Shown here in pieces: positions 62,948 to 64,000 of a stretch of DNA of 64,000 nucleotides. A program made the translations under genes and the position numbers. This DNA comes from Antechinus flavipes. Its lineage: Eukaryota. Where the stretch lies: positions 39,618,001 to 39,682,000 of the forward strand of contig NC_067399.1 in NCBI RefSeq assembly GCF_016432865.1, written 5' to 3'. A model generated the notes under the pieces. It searched no databases. It was not told where the DNA came from and saw only the letters and a program-made list of their open reading frames with translations. Each line of letters opens with the position of its first letter. Position 1 is the stretch's first letter.

Positions 62948-63138
62948 CAGGGGTCCTCAAACTTTTTAAATAGGGCGCCAGGTCACTGTCCCTCAGACTG
63001 TTGAAGGGCAGGACTATAGTAAAAACAAAAACTTTGTTTTGGGATCTTTAAATAAAGAAACTTCATAGCCCTGGATGAGGGGGATAAACGTTCTCAGTTG
63101 CTGCATCTGGCCCGCAGGCGGTAGTTTGAGGATCCCTG
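62948..63138 (+). mobile_element. OC1 (OposCharlie1/hAT2_ML-type) non-autonomous hAT MITE, 191 bp
   Basis: TIRs CAGGGGTCCTCAAACT / AGTTTGAGGATCCCTG; perfect 8-bp TSD CTCTAGAG (62940-62947, 63139-63146); the 5' end matches the recalled OC1 consensus. Confidence 0.85.
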
Positions 63139-64000
63139 CTCTAGAGCACTAATCGATGTCCTCATTGTCATTATTCCCCCCTTTCTGCCTCAGTTTCTTT
63201 GTCTGAGATCCTCTCCTGCTTTGAAGCCTCTGGTTCCCCTGTCCTCCCTCAGTGCCCTCCATCCATCCCTTGGCCTGAGGAGGAGGAAGCAGGGGGTAGG
63301 GGCTCTCTCCTGGCCAGCCTTCCCGGCCCAGAGCCGCAGCGGCAGACTCAGTACTCTCCTTATTCTTGCCTTCAGCCTCAGAATAAACAGGGGTCCCCGA
63401 GGGTGCTCCTTCCCCTCCATCTAGACGAGGCGCAGTGTGAGAGTGGAGTGGACCACGTTACTGGCTTTTGGCCGTGTGCGCAAGTGCGGGGCTGAGGCGC
63501 CGGGCACTTGGTGTTTCTGAGGTGACAGCAGGAGAAACTGAGGCACGGAGAACTTTTCATGACAGAGTCTCTTAGTGGACTAGCAGCAGAGGCGGCTACG
63601 ACATCCAAACTCAGCCTGGGCGCTGACGTCTCAGTATTGTGTTTTAGAGAATGAATAAGCCTTTGTGAAAGCGTTTGTGCTGTGCCAGGGGCTGGGCAAC
63701 AAATGCAAACAGAAAAAAGCCTCTGCCCACAGTGCTTGATGCCCTGGTAAGGGAAGGGCGTGCCATTGGGGCTGGGGCTTGTATGGGAAGTCGGGGGACA
63801 TTGGTGGACCCCCTGTGAGTTGGTCAACACGTCCTCTCCAGGATGGGAGACACTGATTTGGTTGTTGTACCCAGAGCTAGAGGTGGAACATGAAGTTGGG
63901 AGGAGGGCAGAAAGGGAGAAAGGTGGTCAGAGTAGAGAGCTGTCCGAGTCTGCCTGAAGGTAGTGAAGGGCGTTCATTGTGGGGAATGCAGCTCCAGGAG

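Overview
Marsupial genomic DNA, most likely dasyurid given the abundant WSINE1-type SINEs and an OC1-type hAT MITE, with three N gaps. Two CpG-island promoters face away from each other about 25 kb apart. The first coding exon of URGCP (MASPG, minus strand, 10384-10397) lies at the first. UBE2D4 lies at the second, with coding exons 1-5 on the plus strand (35184-59720, including catalytic Cys85); its exons 6-7 are beyond the window. The rest is intronic or intergenic and full of SINE, L1, L2, RTE-SINE, hAT and LTR relics. The most unusual structure is a 978-bp retroviral insertion in UBE2D4 intron 1. It consists of one full LTR, exactly the 18-nt tRNA-Lys PBS, and then an inverted copy of the LTR's own first 169 bp, flanked by a perfect 6-bp TSD, so it was integrated through two U3 ends. 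Also notable are a 58-bp locally templated inverted insertion, several candidate poison exons (one with its 5' splice site locked in a hairpin) and several local tandem duplications. No prokaryote-type systems (CRISPR etc.) are present. Repeat family names come from recalled consensus similarity, not from a database search.
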